Source of the DNA: an uncultured delta proteobacterium
Lineage (GTDB): Bacteria; Myxococcota_A; Polyangia; Polyangiales; Polyangiaceae
Direction: 5' to 3'
DNA length: 64,000 nt
Assembly (NCBI GenBank): GCA_963806225.1
Contig: CAWDXG010000001.1
Coordinates: 1,056,001 to 1,120,000 of the forward strand
The first letter of the stretch is position 1, and each line of letters opens with the position of its first letter. The notes under the pieces were generated by a model, which ran no database searches, was not told the origin of the DNA, and was given only the letters and a program-made list of their open reading frames with translations. Shown piece by piece: positions 51,455 to 61,688 of the stretch. The position numbers and the translations under genes were made by a program.

Positions 51455-52801
51455 ATGTTGTTTCGTTCACTCGGGATAGGGATTGTGGTTTCAATGCTGC
51501 TCGTGTCGTGCGGGGGGAGCGGCGCGAGTGGCAACAACGGCACGGGCTATTACGGCCCGGGCACAGGAGGAACAAGCGGCTCGGGCGCAGGTGGTTCGGG
51601 CGCAGGCAGTGCAGGCGTAGGCGGTTCGAGCGCAGGAGCTGCGGGCGCAGCAGATGCCGGTACAGGCGGTGTGGGAACGGGCGGTTCGTCCAACACGGGC
51701 GGTTCGTCCAACACGGGCGGCGCGTCCAACACGGGCGGCGCGTCCAACACGGGCGGCGCGTCCAACACGGGCGGCGCGTCCAACACGGGCGGCGCGTCCA
51801 ACACGGGCGGCGCGTCCAACACGGGCGGCAGCGGCGGAGGCAGCTCCGAAAACCTGTGGCTGACCGGCGTGAACCTCGCGGGCGCGGATTTCGGTGACAC
51901 GGTTCTGCCGGGAACCTACGGCGTCAACTACATGTATCCGGACATCCAGGAGGTCTCGTACTTCAAGAGCGAGGGCATGACCATCCTGCGTATCCCGTTC
52001 CGTTGGGAACGCATGCAGCAATCGGCCCGTGCCCAGCTGGACCAGACCGAGCTCGGGCGTCTGGACGGAGTCGTGAAGCCCGCCACCCAGCAGGGTGAGC
52101 ACGTCATCCTCGACCCGCACAACTACGCCCGCTACTTCGGCAACATCATCGGCAGCGGTACCGTGTCGAACGCGGACTTTGCCGACTTCTGGTCGAAGCT
52201 CGCGACGCACTACAAGAACAATCCGCTGGTGGTCTTCGGCTTGATGAACGAGCCGCACGATTTCCCAACGACGCAGTGGCTCTCCGCTGCGAACGCCGCC
52301 ATCGCCGCGATCCGCAAGACCGGTGCGACCAACCTGATCCTGGTTCCGGGCAATGCCTGGACGGGAGCCGACACCTGGACCCAGCAGGGGTCGACCATGT
52401 CGAACAGCACCATCATGACCGGCGTCGTGGATCCCGGGGACAACTTCGCCTTCGAGTTCCACCAGTATCTCGACACCGACAGCTCCGGCACCGACCCGAA
52501 CTGCGTCAGCACCACGATCGGCGTGGAGCGCATCAAGGGGGCGACGGCGTGGCTCGAGAGCCACGGCTACAGGGGTTTCCTCGGCGAGTTCGCCGGTGGC
52601 GACAACGCCACCTGCAGGACGGCCGTGACGGGGATGCTCACGTACATAGCGAACCACCGGGACGCCTGGATGGGCTGGACCTGGTGGGCAGCGGGGCCGT
52701 GGTGGGGCTACCAGTGGTACACGCTGGAGCCGAACAACCTCGGCAGCGCGAACCCGCAGAACCAGCCGCAGCTCGCCTGGCTCTTGCCGTTCGAGAAGTA
52801 G
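51455..52801 (+). CDS. GH5 endoglucanase lipoprotein
   Basis: GVNLAGADFG, RIPFRWER, LDPHNY, MNEP, HQYLD, GEFAG. Confidence 0.92.
   Translation: MLFRSLGIGIVVSMLLVSCGGSGASGNNGTGYYGPGTGGTSGSGAGGSGAGSAGVGGSSAGAAGAADAGTGGVGTGGSSNTGGSSNTGGASNTGGASNTGGASNTGGASNTGGASNTGGASNTGGSGGGSSENLWLTGVNLAGADFGDTVLPGTYGVNYMYPDIQEVSYFKSEGMTILRIPFRWERMQQSARAQLDQTELGRLDGVVKPATQQGEHVILDPHNYARYFGNIIGSGTVSNADFADFWSKLATHYKNNPLVVFGLMNEPHDFPTTQWLSAANAAIAAIRKTGATNLILVPGNAWTGADTWTQQGSTMSNSTIMTGVVDPGDNFAFEFHQYLDTDSSGTDPNCVSTTIGVERIKGATAWLESHGYRGFLGEFAGGDNATCRTAVTGMLTYIANHRDAWMGWTWWAAGPWWGYQWYTLEPNNLGSANPQNQPQLAWLLPFEK
51677..51829. repeat. 18-nt coding tandem repeat (TGGASN x8) in GH5 linker
   Basis: acgggcggcgcgtccaac units. 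Confidence 0.95.
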
Positions 52802-52838
52802 CGAAAGCGGATAGGCGGCCGCGCCGGAGCGCGGCCGC

Positions 52839-53759
52839 CTATCCGACTCCGGACGCGATCCGCTCCGATTCGTTCCAGAGCCGTTCGGCGAGCGCCGCGT
52901 CCCGCGCCAGGCGGGTCGGCGTAGCGACGTTGCAGTCGGCGAAGTACTCGCCCGACACGCCGGCGACGGCCGGATGCGCCGCGACGTAGCACTGGGTCGC
53001 CGCGCCCTGCGCGGCGTTCTTGAGGAACAGCGGGCCAACGAGGCCGAAGCCCGCGCGCGCGAAGCCGGGCAGGTGGCGCCCGAGATTGGTGGCGATGACG
53101 CCCGGGTGTACGGCATTGGCCGTGCGCTTCGACTCGCCGAAACGCCGCGCCAGCTCCTTGGCGAAGAGCAGATTGGCGAGCTTCGACTGGCCGTACGCGG
53201 TGAACCCGTTGTAGCCGCGCTCGCCCGACAGGTTGTCGAACTGGATGCCCTCGCGCGGCGCGCGCCGGTGCGCCGTGCTGCTGAGCATGACGACGCGCCC
53301 GTCCTCCGCCAGCTGGTCGACGAGCCCGGTGACGAGGATGAAGTGTCCGATGTGGTTCGTGAAGAACTGCAGCTCGTAGCCGAACGCCTGCTCGAGCTTC
53401 GGCAGCGCCATGATCCCGGCGTTGCAGATGACCGCGTCGAGTCGCGCGCCGTCGCGCTTCACCGCCTCGACCGAGGCGCGCACACTCGCCGGATCCGATA
53501 GCTCGCAGGCGACGGGCAGCGGCTCGCTCCCGAGGCCCTGGCAGGCTGCGCGCGCCTTGTCTTCCGTGCGCGCGGCCGCGATCACGCGCGCGCCGCGACT
53601 CGACAGCACGCGTAGCGTCTCGAGCCCCAGGCCCGAGTTGCAGCCGGTGAGCAGGATGGTCCGTCCCGCGAGATCGAGCCCCTCGGTGACCTGCTCGGCG
53701 GTCGAGCCGTAGCCGAAGCCGCTCGACCCTTTCCCCTTGAAGAAGCTGTACAGGGACAT
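52839..53759 (-). CDS. SDR oxidoreductase (retinol dehydrogenase-like)
   Basis: TGCNSGLG, CNAGIM, YGQSK. Confidence 0.92.
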   Translation of the reverse strand: MSLYSFFKGKGSSGFGYGSTAEQVTEGLDLAGRTILLTGCNSGLGLETLRVLSSRGARVIAAARTEDKARAACQGLGSEPLPVACELSDPASVRASVEAVKRDGARLDAVICNAGIMALPKLEQAFGYELQFFTNHIGHFILVTGLVDQLAEDGRVVMLSSTAHRRAPREGIQFDNLSGERGYNGFTAYGQSKLANLLFAKELARRFGESKRTANAVHPGVIATNLGRHLPGFARAGFGLVGPLFLKNAAQGAATQCYVAAHPAVAGVSGEYFADCNVATPTRLARDAALAERLWNESERIASGVG

Positions 53760-53763
53760 GGGA

Positions 53764-54729
53764 CTACTTGGACGGCGCGCAGGTGGAAACCCCCGCACCG
53801 ACGATCGTGTGGCTCGTCTTGGCCACGAGCGGTGGCGTGGTGCTGCCGCCCGGCGTGTACTTGTGGACGACGGAGCTGCCCTGCGCCTGGGACGTGAACG
53901 TGTAGAAATCGCCGCCCCAGAAGGCAAAGGCCCACGCGGTGAACTGGCTCTGCTGCAGATCGATGAGCGTGTCGCTCTTGATCGCCGCGGTGGTCTTGTC
54001 GATCTCGGCGATGTGGGAGTTGGGCGAGCCCGGCCCGAAACCGAACAGGCGCCCGTCGCCGGTGCCGGTGAGCTCCGGATTGCCGATCGCCTGCGTGAAG
54101 GGCGCGACCACCGAGAGATTGAAGGTGTTCACGTCGATGGTGGCCAGCGCGGTCGCGCTGCCGCTGAAGTTATCCCCGGCGACGTACAACGTTTCGCCCG
54201 GGTCATTCGTGTTGGACGAGAAGCCCATACCGAAAGTCGTGGGGAAACCGTTCTGTCCCGGGGCGAAGCCGGTGGGCTTGCACGACGCGGTGAGCGTACT
54301 GATCCGGAACACCTCGCCCTGGGAAAACAGCACGTAGGCGATTCCGTCCCTGTCGACTGCCATGGAGAACGGCGAGTCGTTGAACCCGGAGGGACAGTTG
54401 ATGGTCCCGATCTTCGTGAAGTGCAGGGTCGGTGGATAGAAGCGCAGCAGCTCGTTTTCGGACGAGATCAGGTAGATGTAGGTGATACCCGCTTCTTCGC
54501 AGCTCGTGTGGTGCACGTCGGGTGCCGCGTCGAACACGTCGGGTGCCGCGTCGGACACGTCGGGTGCCGCGTCGGACACGTCGGGTGCCGCGTCGGATAC
54601 GTCGGGCCCCGCGTCGGATACGTCGGGCCCCGCGTCGGGCGGTGGCTCGTGCAATCCGGTGCGGGCACCGCAGGCGAGGGTCAGGAACGCTGCGGCGACG
54701 AGGGCGAAACGCCTGTTCACGGCGCGCAT
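53764..54729 (-). CDS. Myxobacterial lipoprotein with DAAPDVS repeats
   Basis: Lipobox LACGARTGL; 21-nt repeat ~54515-54640; IVGAGVSTCAP end. Confidence 0.75.
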   Translation of the reverse strand: MRAVNRRFALVAAAFLTLACGARTGLHEPPPDAGPDVSDAGPDVSDAAPDVSDAAPDVSDAAPDVFDAAPDVHHTSCEEAGITYIYLISSENELLRFYPPTLHFTKIGTINCPSGFNDSPFSMAVDRDGIAYVLFSQGEVFRISTLTASCKPTGFAPGQNGFPTTFGMGFSSNTNDPGETLYVAGDNFSGSATALATIDVNTFNLSVVAPFTQAIGNPELTGTGDGRLFGFGPGSPNSHIAEIDKTTAAIKSDTLIDLQQSQFTAWAFAFWGGDFYTFTSQAQGSSVVHKYTPGGSTTPPLVAKTSHTIVGAGVSTCAPSK

Positions 54730-54809
54730 GCTCGTGCGGTCCGCCTTCCCGGTCAACCTGGATCCGCGGACAGCACGGAAACCCCGCGCCGGGAGCGTCG
54801 GGCTCCGGG

Positions 54810-55229
54810 CTAGCAGCCCCCGAGGAACCGCTCGAGCTTGTCGATGGCAGCGTTGGTCCGCGCGTCGTTCGCCGACCCATGCACCAGCACGGGCTTTTGC
54901 GACGCCTTGAAGACGTCGACCAGCTCGGCGAGCTGCTGCTCGGTCACGGCCGGATCGCGTCCGGGCTCCACCGGGACGTGTCGAACCGCGAGCCCGCGCG
55001 AACGGTAGAACCCGAGCAGTCCACCGACGACCGCGAGTGCCGTGGCGTAGGTGCCGAGCTCGGGCTCCGACAGGAGACAGAGCACCGTACAGATCCCCAG
55101 ACTGCGCGCTTCACGCACCCAGTCCTCCACCTCGACGCGCGACACCGTGCTCTTCGGGAAGCCCGGCCGCGGCGCGCGGGCCAGCACTCTGGAGACGCTC
55201 CATTCGATCACGACGACCTGCTCGGTCAA
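54810..55229 (-). CDS. Dual-specificity phosphatase-like protein lacking catalytic Cys
   Basis: LARAPRPG, VLCLLSEPEL, PVLVHGSANDART. Confidence 0.6.
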   Translation of the reverse strand: MTEQVVVIEWSVSRVLARAPRPGFPKSTVSRVEVEDWVREARSLGICTVLCLLSEPELGTYATALAVVGGLLGFYRSRGLAVRHVPVEPGRDPAVTEQQLAELVDVFKASQKPVLVHGSANDARTNAAIDKLERFLGGC

Positions 55230-55342
55230 CGTAATACCGGAGTTGCGGAATTCCAGTGTGGGACTGGCGACTATTGATCCGCGTCAATGGTCATTTGGAC
55301 GACGGATCGGAGATTTGCGTCTCCAGCGAGTAGCCGGAGGAG

Positions 55343-55651
55343 TCAGGACGCACGCAGGCGCGACGCGATCGTCTTTCGCAGCTCGAGCTGCCGGGTGCTT
55401 CGCAGAGGCGCGCCGTCGAACTCGACCACTTCGTACTCATGCAGCGCGCGACGCGGGGTGGTGCGCAAGCGGACGCGCACCACCTGGACCCGCAGATCGA
55501 ACAAGGTCGATTCCACCGTGCAGGCCACGTCGTCCTCGAGCGGTGCGTCGATCTCGAGCACCGAGAGCGGGCCGGCGACCGCGTCGTGGACCGCGACTGT
55601 CGCTTCGGAGTGGACGGAGGGACGGGAGGAACGTCCGCTGGGCGTTGTCAT
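55343..55651 (-). CDS. Small hypothetical protein (ACT-like)
   Basis: 102-aa ORF; VVEFDGAPL end. Confidence 0.5.
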   Translation of the reverse strand: MTTPSGRSSRPSVHSEATVAVHDAVAGPLSVLEIDAPLEDDVACTVESTLFDLRVQVVRVRLRTTPRRALHEYEVVEFDGAPLRSTRQLELRKTIASRLRAS

Positions 55652-55825
55652 GGAGGTTCCTGGGGTTCGCCGGCAGCAGAGCCCGGCGGGCGCTCGATGA
55701 GCAAGCGCCGTGCCGCGTCGAGACGGCGCGATTTCCGCACGATCCGCTGCGCGAGCGTGGGGCGTTGTGCGCCATGCGAGGCGTTTGTACGCATCTTGCC
55801 CACCTTCGGCGCAGTAGCGTCGAAG

Positions 55826-56698
55826 TCAGGGCTGCCAGCGCGGGTCGTCCCGGACGATCCAGTCGAACGCCGCCCTCACGCGTCCGGCGACGCGTCCGGC
55901 CGGCGTGTGCCCCGCGCCGGCCGCGTACTCGATGTGTGTCGCTACGCCGCCGCGCTCGAGCCAGCTGCGCGCGCGGCGTGCGTCCTCGTCGCACACGCGT
56001 CGGCCGCACACGAATGCCACCCGTTGCCCGCCGCCTTCGTGCCAGCGGCGCGCTGTCGGGATGTCCCAGTCGTGACCGCCCTCCACCAGCACCAGCCGCG
56101 GAAACAGATCCGGGTGCCGGTGCGCCATCAACGCGCCCATGATGGCGCCCTGCGAGTAGCCCGCGTACACGGCGGGTCCCGGGTCGACGCGCGGGTAGGT
56201 GGCGCGCACGGCCTGCACCGCGGCGAGCACTTCGCGCTCCAGTGCCGGATCGTCTTTGAAGAAGTAGCCGCTGTCCGTGTGCGGATTGATGCGCGTGCCG
56301 CGCGGGCAGAGGACGAAGCCGCGCGCGCGCGTGATGCCGCGCCAGAGCTCGCAGTGCCAGCTGGCGTGTCCGCCGGCGCCGTGCGAGACGACGAGCAACG
56401 GCCGCGCGTCACGCCCGGCGGGCACCCAGAGCCGGGCGGGCTGGTGTCCGGGAACGGGCAGATCGGTGAAGTGCGCCAGCGCGGGCGGCGCGGGGGGCGC
56501 GCTCGGCGCTGATGGCGCGCCCGGCGCCGACGCGTGGCGCGTGCCCTTCGCCGGCGGTGTGCTCTGCGGGTTGCCCGGCGCGCTCGCGGCGCTCGCATGC
56601 GCGCGCTTCGGGACGGCGGGCTCTGCCGGCGGCCGCTGCGCGGCGCACGCGATGGCCGCGCACGCCGCTGCGACGAGGGGCAGCCGGCGGAGCAACAT
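55826..56698 (-). CDS. Alpha/beta hydrolase lipoprotein
   Basis: SHGAGG, GYSQG nucleophile, GAGH. Confidence 0.8.
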   Translation of the reverse strand: MLLRRLPLVAAACAAIACAAQRPPAEPAVPKRAHASAASAPGNPQSTPPAKGTRHASAPGAPSAPSAPPAPPALAHFTDLPVPGHQPARLWVPAGRDARPLLVVSHGAGGHASWHCELWRGITRARGFVLCPRGTRINPHTDSGYFFKDDPALEREVLAAVQAVRATYPRVDPGPAVYAGYSQGAIMGALMAHRHPDLFPRLVLVEGGHDWDIPTARRWHEGGGQRVAFVCGRRVCDEDARRARSWLERGGVATHIEYAAGAGHTPAGRVAGRVRAAFDWIVRDDPRWQP

Positions 56699-56974
56699 GC
56701 CGCGAGTCTACGCGCTCCGAGCGCGCCGTCCCCACGACGCGTCACGCTCATCCCGGAAAGTTCGCGCCCCGCGCGATCCCCGCGCGCTGCGCGCAGGACG
56801 GCACCTGGATACGCGTTCGATCGCGGGCCCGCGGTTTTGAAGGTCCGCGCAGCAAGTGGCGGATACGTCCGAGCTCGTAGCTTGTGCTACGAGTTTGCTC
56901 CCACGGCCCCGCCTTGCGGGCCCGCCGGCCGAGGCCGGCCCAACCCCCCTCCAACCCCTCCAGGAAGTCAGTCG

Positions 56975-57547
56975 ATGACCCACGGACGTTTTTCGGTTCG
57001 GCGCGCTACGCGCGCCTCGCTTTTGTCTGCACTGATGCTCGTGTTCCCGCTGGCCCTCGCCGGAACCACAGGTTGTGGCGGCGCGATGGGCTCGGGTGGC
57101 GGCGCGAAGTCGGCAGAAGACAATCCCATCATCGGCCAGAAGGTTCCCGAGTTCCAACTTCCCGCCCAGTACGGCGCCGACAGCGTTTCGCCGTCGGAAG
57201 CCGACGGCAAGGTCCTGATCGTCGACTTCTGGGCGACCTGGTGCGCGCCCTGCAAGGACTCGTTCCCCGCCTACCAGAAGCTGCTCGACAAGTTCGGCGA
57301 CAAGCTGATGGTGATCGGCGTCAGCGTGGACGACGACCCGAGCGGCATCAAGGACTTCGCCAAGGACACCGGCGTGAAGTTCCCGCTCGCCTGGGACAAG
57401 GGCCAGACCGTGGCCGGCCGCTACAAGCCCGGCACCATGCCCACCAGCTATATCGTCGACCAGAACGGCATTGTCCGCTACGTCCACTCCGGCTTCCACG
57501 CGGGCGACGAGAAGGAGCTCGCGAAGCAGATCCAGTCGTTGATGTAG
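56975..57547 (+). CDS. TlpA-family thiol-disulfide reductase lipoprotein
   Basis: DFWATWCAPC, MPTSYIVD. Confidence 0.9.
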   Translation: MTHGRFSVRRATRASLLSALMLVFPLALAGTTGCGGAMGSGGGAKSAEDNPIIGQKVPEFQLPAQYGADSVSPSEADGKVLIVDFWATWCAPCKDSFPAYQKLLDKFGDKLMVIGVSVDDDPSGIKDFAKDTGVKFPLAWDKGQTVAGRYKPGTMPTSYIVDQNGIVRYVHSGFHAGDEKELAKQIQSLM

Positions 57548-57626
57548 GCCGGGTCTTCGGGGCGGGGGCGCTTCCCCTGGGACTCCGCCAGCCGATCGCG
57601 TAGTATCGCGCTCGGAAGGGGTACCT

Positions 57627-58562
57627 ATGCGCATTCGTTTCTTGATCCTGGGGAGCCTGGTTTCGCTGTGCGCGCTGGCGCTGACGAGCGCGTGCAGCAG
57701 CAGCAGTAGTGGCGGCAACGGCGGCGGCAGCGGCGACTGCAACGTGGTTGCCTCCACCGCCTGCAGCAAGCTCGAGCAGTGCTCGCCGCTCGCCATCAAG
57801 CTCAGCTACGGTGACAAGCAGACTTGCGTCACCCGCATCGCGATGAGCTGCGCTGCCGGAACGACCGCGCCCGGCGCGTCGGTGACGCCCGCCCAGTTCG
57901 GCGCCTGCGCGCGGGCTTTCTCCCAGGTCGCCTGCAAGGACCTCATGAGCGGCAACTTCGCGCCGGCGGCCTGCACCATCAAGGGCTCGCTGGCCAACGG
58001 CAAGGCCTGCGGCTCGGCCGACCAGTGCAAGAGCGGCTACTGCGGCGCCTCGAGCAGCATGTGCGGTACCTGCGGCGCGATCGGTGCCGCCGGCGCAACG
58101 TGCACGTCCAGCGACGGGTGCGAGAGCGGTCTGGCGTGCAACAGCAAGGGCGTGTGCGCGACGCCAGCCGCAGCCGGCGGCAGCTGCACCGACATGCGCG
58201 ATTGCGCGGCCGGGTTGGCGTGCACCTCGGGCACGTGCGCCCAGCCCGTAGCGGCCGGCGGCACCTGCACCGGCGGCGACTGCGATCAGCTGGCGGGCGC
58301 CTTCTGCAACCCGCAGACCAAGATCTGCGAGACGATCCAGACGGCGGACGCGGGCCAGCCCTGCGGACTCATCAACGGCGGCTACGTCAGCTGCAACGCC
58401 GCCGGTCACTGCTCGATTCCCCAGGGTCAGTCCCAGGGCACCTGCCAGGCCCACGCCGCCGACGGCGCCTCCTGCGACGACACCAACGGCCCCAGCTGCC
58501 TGTCGCCTGCGCTCTGCCTCAACGGCAAGTGCACGCTGCCGGATCCGTCCAGCTGCAAGTAG
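57627..58562 (+). CDS. Cys-rich lipoprotein
   Basis: Lipobox TSAC; many C-x(n)-C modules. Confidence 0.8.
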   Translation: MRIRFLILGSLVSLCALALTSACSSSSSGGNGGGSGDCNVVASTACSKLEQCSPLAIKLSYGDKQTCVTRIAMSCAAGTTAPGASVTPAQFGACARAFSQVACKDLMSGNFAPAACTIKGSLANGKACGSADQCKSGYCGASSSMCGTCGAIGAAGATCTSSDGCESGLACNSKGVCATPAAAGGSCTDMRDCAAGLACTSGTCAQPVAAGGTCTGGDCDQLAGAFCNPQTKICETIQTADAGQPCGLINGGYVSCNAAGHCSIPQGQSQGTCQAHAADGASCDDTNGPSCLSPALCLNGKCTLPDPSSCK

Positions 58563-58660
58563 TGCGGCGGGGGGGCAAAGCCGCCCGCTCCCCCCACGCG
58601 ATTCCGGTCGAGCTGGCACTGCACATTGACGGCGCTCTCCATATGGAGCGACCGTGAGTC

Positions 58661-59056
58661 ATGCGAGTGCTGGACGTCACCGTCGACGGAGGAGCCGGAT
58701 TGGCAATCGCCCCGACGAACGGAGGCGAGGACATCGCCTTCCACGCTGGCAGCATCTTCTTCAGGACCAAGGACTCCATCATCAAGGCGCTTGGCGGCAG
58801 CCCACAGACGACGCTCGCCACCGGCCAGACCCGCCCCATCACGCTCGCCGTCGACGACACGAACGTCTACTGGATCGACCAGACCAGTGGCTACGCCACG
58901 CCCGCCGTCGGCTCGATCCTGAAGGTCCCCATCGCCGGCGGCACCCCCACCGTCCTCGCCACCGGCCAGGACGAACCCGTCGACATCGCCGTCGACGACA
59001 AGAGCGTCTACTGGCTCGAACGCGCCGGCCACATCGTGAAGCTGACGCCGAAGTGA
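58661..59056 (+). CDS. Short beta-propeller repeat protein or fragment
   Basis: Repeated LATGQ..P..(L/I)AVDD..VYW. Confidence 0.6.
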   Translation: MRVLDVTVDGGAGLAIAPTNGGEDIAFHAGSIFFRTKDSIIKALGGSPQTTLATGQTRPITLAVDDTNVYWIDQTSGYATPAVGSILKVPIAGGTPTVLATGQDEPVDIAVDDKSVYWLERAGHIVKLTPK

Positions 59057-59102
59057 GGGGTGCGCGTGCCTGTCCCGCGGTGGGCGGCGCGAACGCGTGA
59101 GG

Positions 59103-59310
59103 TTACTTCGCCGCCGGGTCCTGCACGCGGCCCATGAACAGGACCAGGTCGGTCTTGTGGTCGCGGATGAAGAAGAGGAACGGGTGGTCGGCCTTGAAGA
59201 CGACGGCCTTCGGAGCTTGGTGGGTTGGCGATGGCGGTGAAGTCGGCCTTGTCCCGGTCGAAGGCCAGCGGCATCCCGAGCTCCGTCAGAGCGTCGCGGA
59301 GCGACAGCGA
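59103..59310 (-). pseudogene. Serpin remnant
   Basis: SLRDALTELGMPLAFDRDKADFTAI, then shifted frame FKADHPFLFFIRD..TDLVLFMGRVQDP*. Confidence 0.8.
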
Positions 59311-59348
59311 TGTCTGTGAGCTCGAGCATCTGCTAGATTCCGGATGTC

Positions 59349-59972
59349 ATGCGTATCCGAGGGGGATGGGTTGTGTTGGGTCTCCTGCTCGCTGCCGGTT
59401 GCGGCGGCTCTGTCGTGGCGGGCAACCCTGCGAGCTCCAGCGGTGGCGCTGCAGGTGGCGGCGTGGGCGGCCCCGCGAGCTCCAGCGGTGGCGCTGCAGG
59501 CAGTGGCACGGGCGCCGGCGGAAGCGTGAGCGTGGACGCGGGCGGTCCGGGCGGTCCGGGCTCCGGCGGAAGCGTGAGCGTGGACGCGGGCGGTCCGGGC
59601 GGTCCGGGCTCCGGTCACTGTACCGATCCCGCCGACATGGCCGCGTACAACGCGACCTATCCAATTGGGAACGGCGCAACGGGCTCCGTCGACGACATCG
59701 CCAAGGACTGCATGCTCGGGGGCTGCCTCAACCAGGCGGATCCCGATCAGTGCACGCTGTCCTGCATCGAGACAAGCACGAACAACGCATTCTCCCACGC
59801 GTGCGCTGCGTGTTTCGTGCACACGCTGAGCTGCGGCTTGAAGAATTGCGTTGCCGACTGTCTGAACAGCGCCGCCCAGTGCACGGCTTGTGAGTGCGCG
59901 TACGGCTGCATCCCCCAGAAAGTGCAGTGCACCGGCATCCCCGACAACAGCTGCGCCACGGGCGGCGGGTGA
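59349..59972 (+). CDS. Cys-rich lipoprotein with Gly-rich duplications
   Basis: Lipobox AAGC; duplicated PASSSGGAAG and GGSVSVDAGGPGGPGS. Confidence 0.75.
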   Translation: MRIRGGWVVLGLLLAAGCGGSVVAGNPASSSGGAAGGGVGGPASSSGGAAGSGTGAGGSVSVDAGGPGGPGSGGSVSVDAGGPGGPGSGHCTDPADMAAYNATYPIGNGATGSVDDIAKDCMLGGCLNQADPDQCTLSCIETSTNNAFSHACAACFVHTLSCGLKNCVADCLNSAAQCTACECAYGCIPQKVQCTGIPDNSCATGGG

Positions 59973-60033
59973 GCGCCGGAGAGCTCCGCCGCCACGAACA
60001 CGACCGAGCCGCGGCGGCGCGCGGGGCTGGGTC

Positions 60034-61503
60034 TCATGGCCCCGCTGGCGACGGTTCGGTATCGCGTGGCGTGTACACGCCGCTGGCGGGCTCGCCCGCG
60101 GGCTCGTCCTCCGTGGGCGCTTCCGCTGGCGTCGTCTTCCGCTCGGCGTCGCCGCTGTCTCCTGCGACCACGGCGCTCGTCTCCACTTCCCGCTCCACCG
60201 CCTGGATCACCTTCGGCGGAGCCGCGACCCACGCGCGCAGTCGCTGTCCGATGTTCTCGTAGTACTGGGGGACGAAGTCTTCGAGGCCTTCGATGAAGGT
60301 CCTCGAGCCGCTGAACTTGCCGGCGAGGTCGCGGACCATCAGCACTTCGAAGGCGACGGGGACGAGGTCGGAGTTGTCGGCTTCGAGGCAGGCGGGTTTG
60401 TCGCGGGCGTCGGCGAGGCTCCTGTGGGTGTCCGGCGCGCGGCCGGGCCAGCTGGCCTTGATGAAGACGTCCGCCGGCTCGGAGCTGGCGAGCTGTTTGA
60501 GCAGCCAATTGATGCGTGCCGACGCGCGCTTCTTGTCCTTCGGTGCGTGCAGCGACATCGAGCAGGTGAGGGTGCGGCGGCCGAGGTGCGCCGTGACCAG
60601 CAGCGGCGCGGCGGCGTCGGGGATGTCGAGCGTGGTGCAGATGCTCCGCGTCGCAACAAGCTCGTCGCAGTCGTCGCGCAGGCGCGCTGCCTGGTCGGCG
60701 ACGTGCGCGCGCGACATCTTGAGGCGCACCTCGCGGCCGAGCTTGCGGCTCATGATGAGCGACAGGTCGCGCTCTTCCTGGTGCCAGCTGGCGACCGAGT
60801 CCTCGACCTCGGGCATGTCGCGGCGCAGTGGCGCGTCGCTCTGCACCTTCAGCACCAGATCCTTCCAGCCGGAGTTCATGCGGTCGAACTGGCTGACGCC
60901 CGCGCTCTCGTGGCGGAAGTGGCGCACCACCTCGCGCAGGATGTAGCGCTGGTCGGCTGCGTCGAAGCCGTCGTCGTGCAGCAGCAGCATCGCCTGGGTG
61001 AGCACGTGCATCCACGACCAGTGGTAGACATCGAGCCCCTTGGTGAGGCCCTTCGGCAGCGGCACAGGGTGGTGCTCGGGCAGCGCGGTGAACTGGTTCG
61101 AGAGCGTGATGACCGCGTCGATGCCATTCAGGCGCGCGAGTTCGGCGTAGGCCTCGAGCTGCTCCTGGTCGACCTCGGCCTTGCCGATCTTCGCCTCGAG
61201 GATGGCGCGCCAGGTCTTCCTGCCGGTGTTGACGACGATGAGGCCGTCGGGGCGGTGCTTCACCTCGCTCGGCACATCGCGGAACACCACCTCGGTGAAG
61301 CAGCGCACCTTGGCGCGCGACCCGAGCCGCACCCCCACGCCGCCCAGCATCGCTCCCGCGAAGTCGTCCACCGCAGAGAGCGTCGCCAGGAACACCGAAG
61401 CCGCCCGCCGCTCCTTGCTCTTGTCCGCCAAGACCGGTATCAGCCGCGCCTCTTCGCCGCTCGCCACGTAGTCCGGTACGTCGGGCACAACGCTGCTCGC
61501 CAT
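60034..61503 (-). CDS. PD-(D/E)XK nuclease-like protein
   Basis: RPDGLIVV...ILEAKIG...QLEAY...VITLSN. Confidence 0.7.
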   Translation of the reverse strand: MASSVVPDVPDYVASGEEARLIPVLADKSKERRAASVFLATLSAVDDFAGAMLGGVGVRLGSRAKVRCFTEVVFRDVPSEVKHRPDGLIVVNTGRKTWRAILEAKIGKAEVDQEQLEAYAELARLNGIDAVITLSNQFTALPEHHPVPLPKGLTKGLDVYHWSWMHVLTQAMLLLHDDGFDAADQRYILREVVRHFRHESAGVSQFDRMNSGWKDLVLKVQSDAPLRRDMPEVEDSVASWHQEERDLSLIMSRKLGREVRLKMSRAHVADQAARLRDDCDELVATRSICTTLDIPDAAAPLLVTAHLGRRTLTCSMSLHAPKDKKRASARINWLLKQLASSEPADVFIKASWPGRAPDTHRSLADARDKPACLEADNSDLVPVAFEVLMVRDLAGKFSGSRTFIEGLEDFVPQYYENIGQRLRAWVAAPPKVIQAVEREVETSAVVAGDSGDAERKTTPAEAPTEDEPAGEPASGVYTPRDTEPSPAGP

Positions 61504-61688
61504 GGGATCCCTCCAGCGCCACAGCGTACGGCCGCGCGTGGGTCGCATGGAAGACAATTCCTGGCATTCCTGACCGGCGTCAGCCCTCGCAGAACGTCCA
61601 GCTGTTTCCAGGCGGCTTCGGGCCCCCGGCTGGGCGCGAGCTCGGCCTTGGCGCTCCAGGTAGGGCAGGGGCCGCGACGCGCGACGGC

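Noticed and set aside
51677..51829. CRISPR-like repeat array (also 20670-21190, 44620-44750, 54515-54640)
   Set aside because: No spacers; in-frame tandem repeats encoding low-complexity linkers; no cas genes
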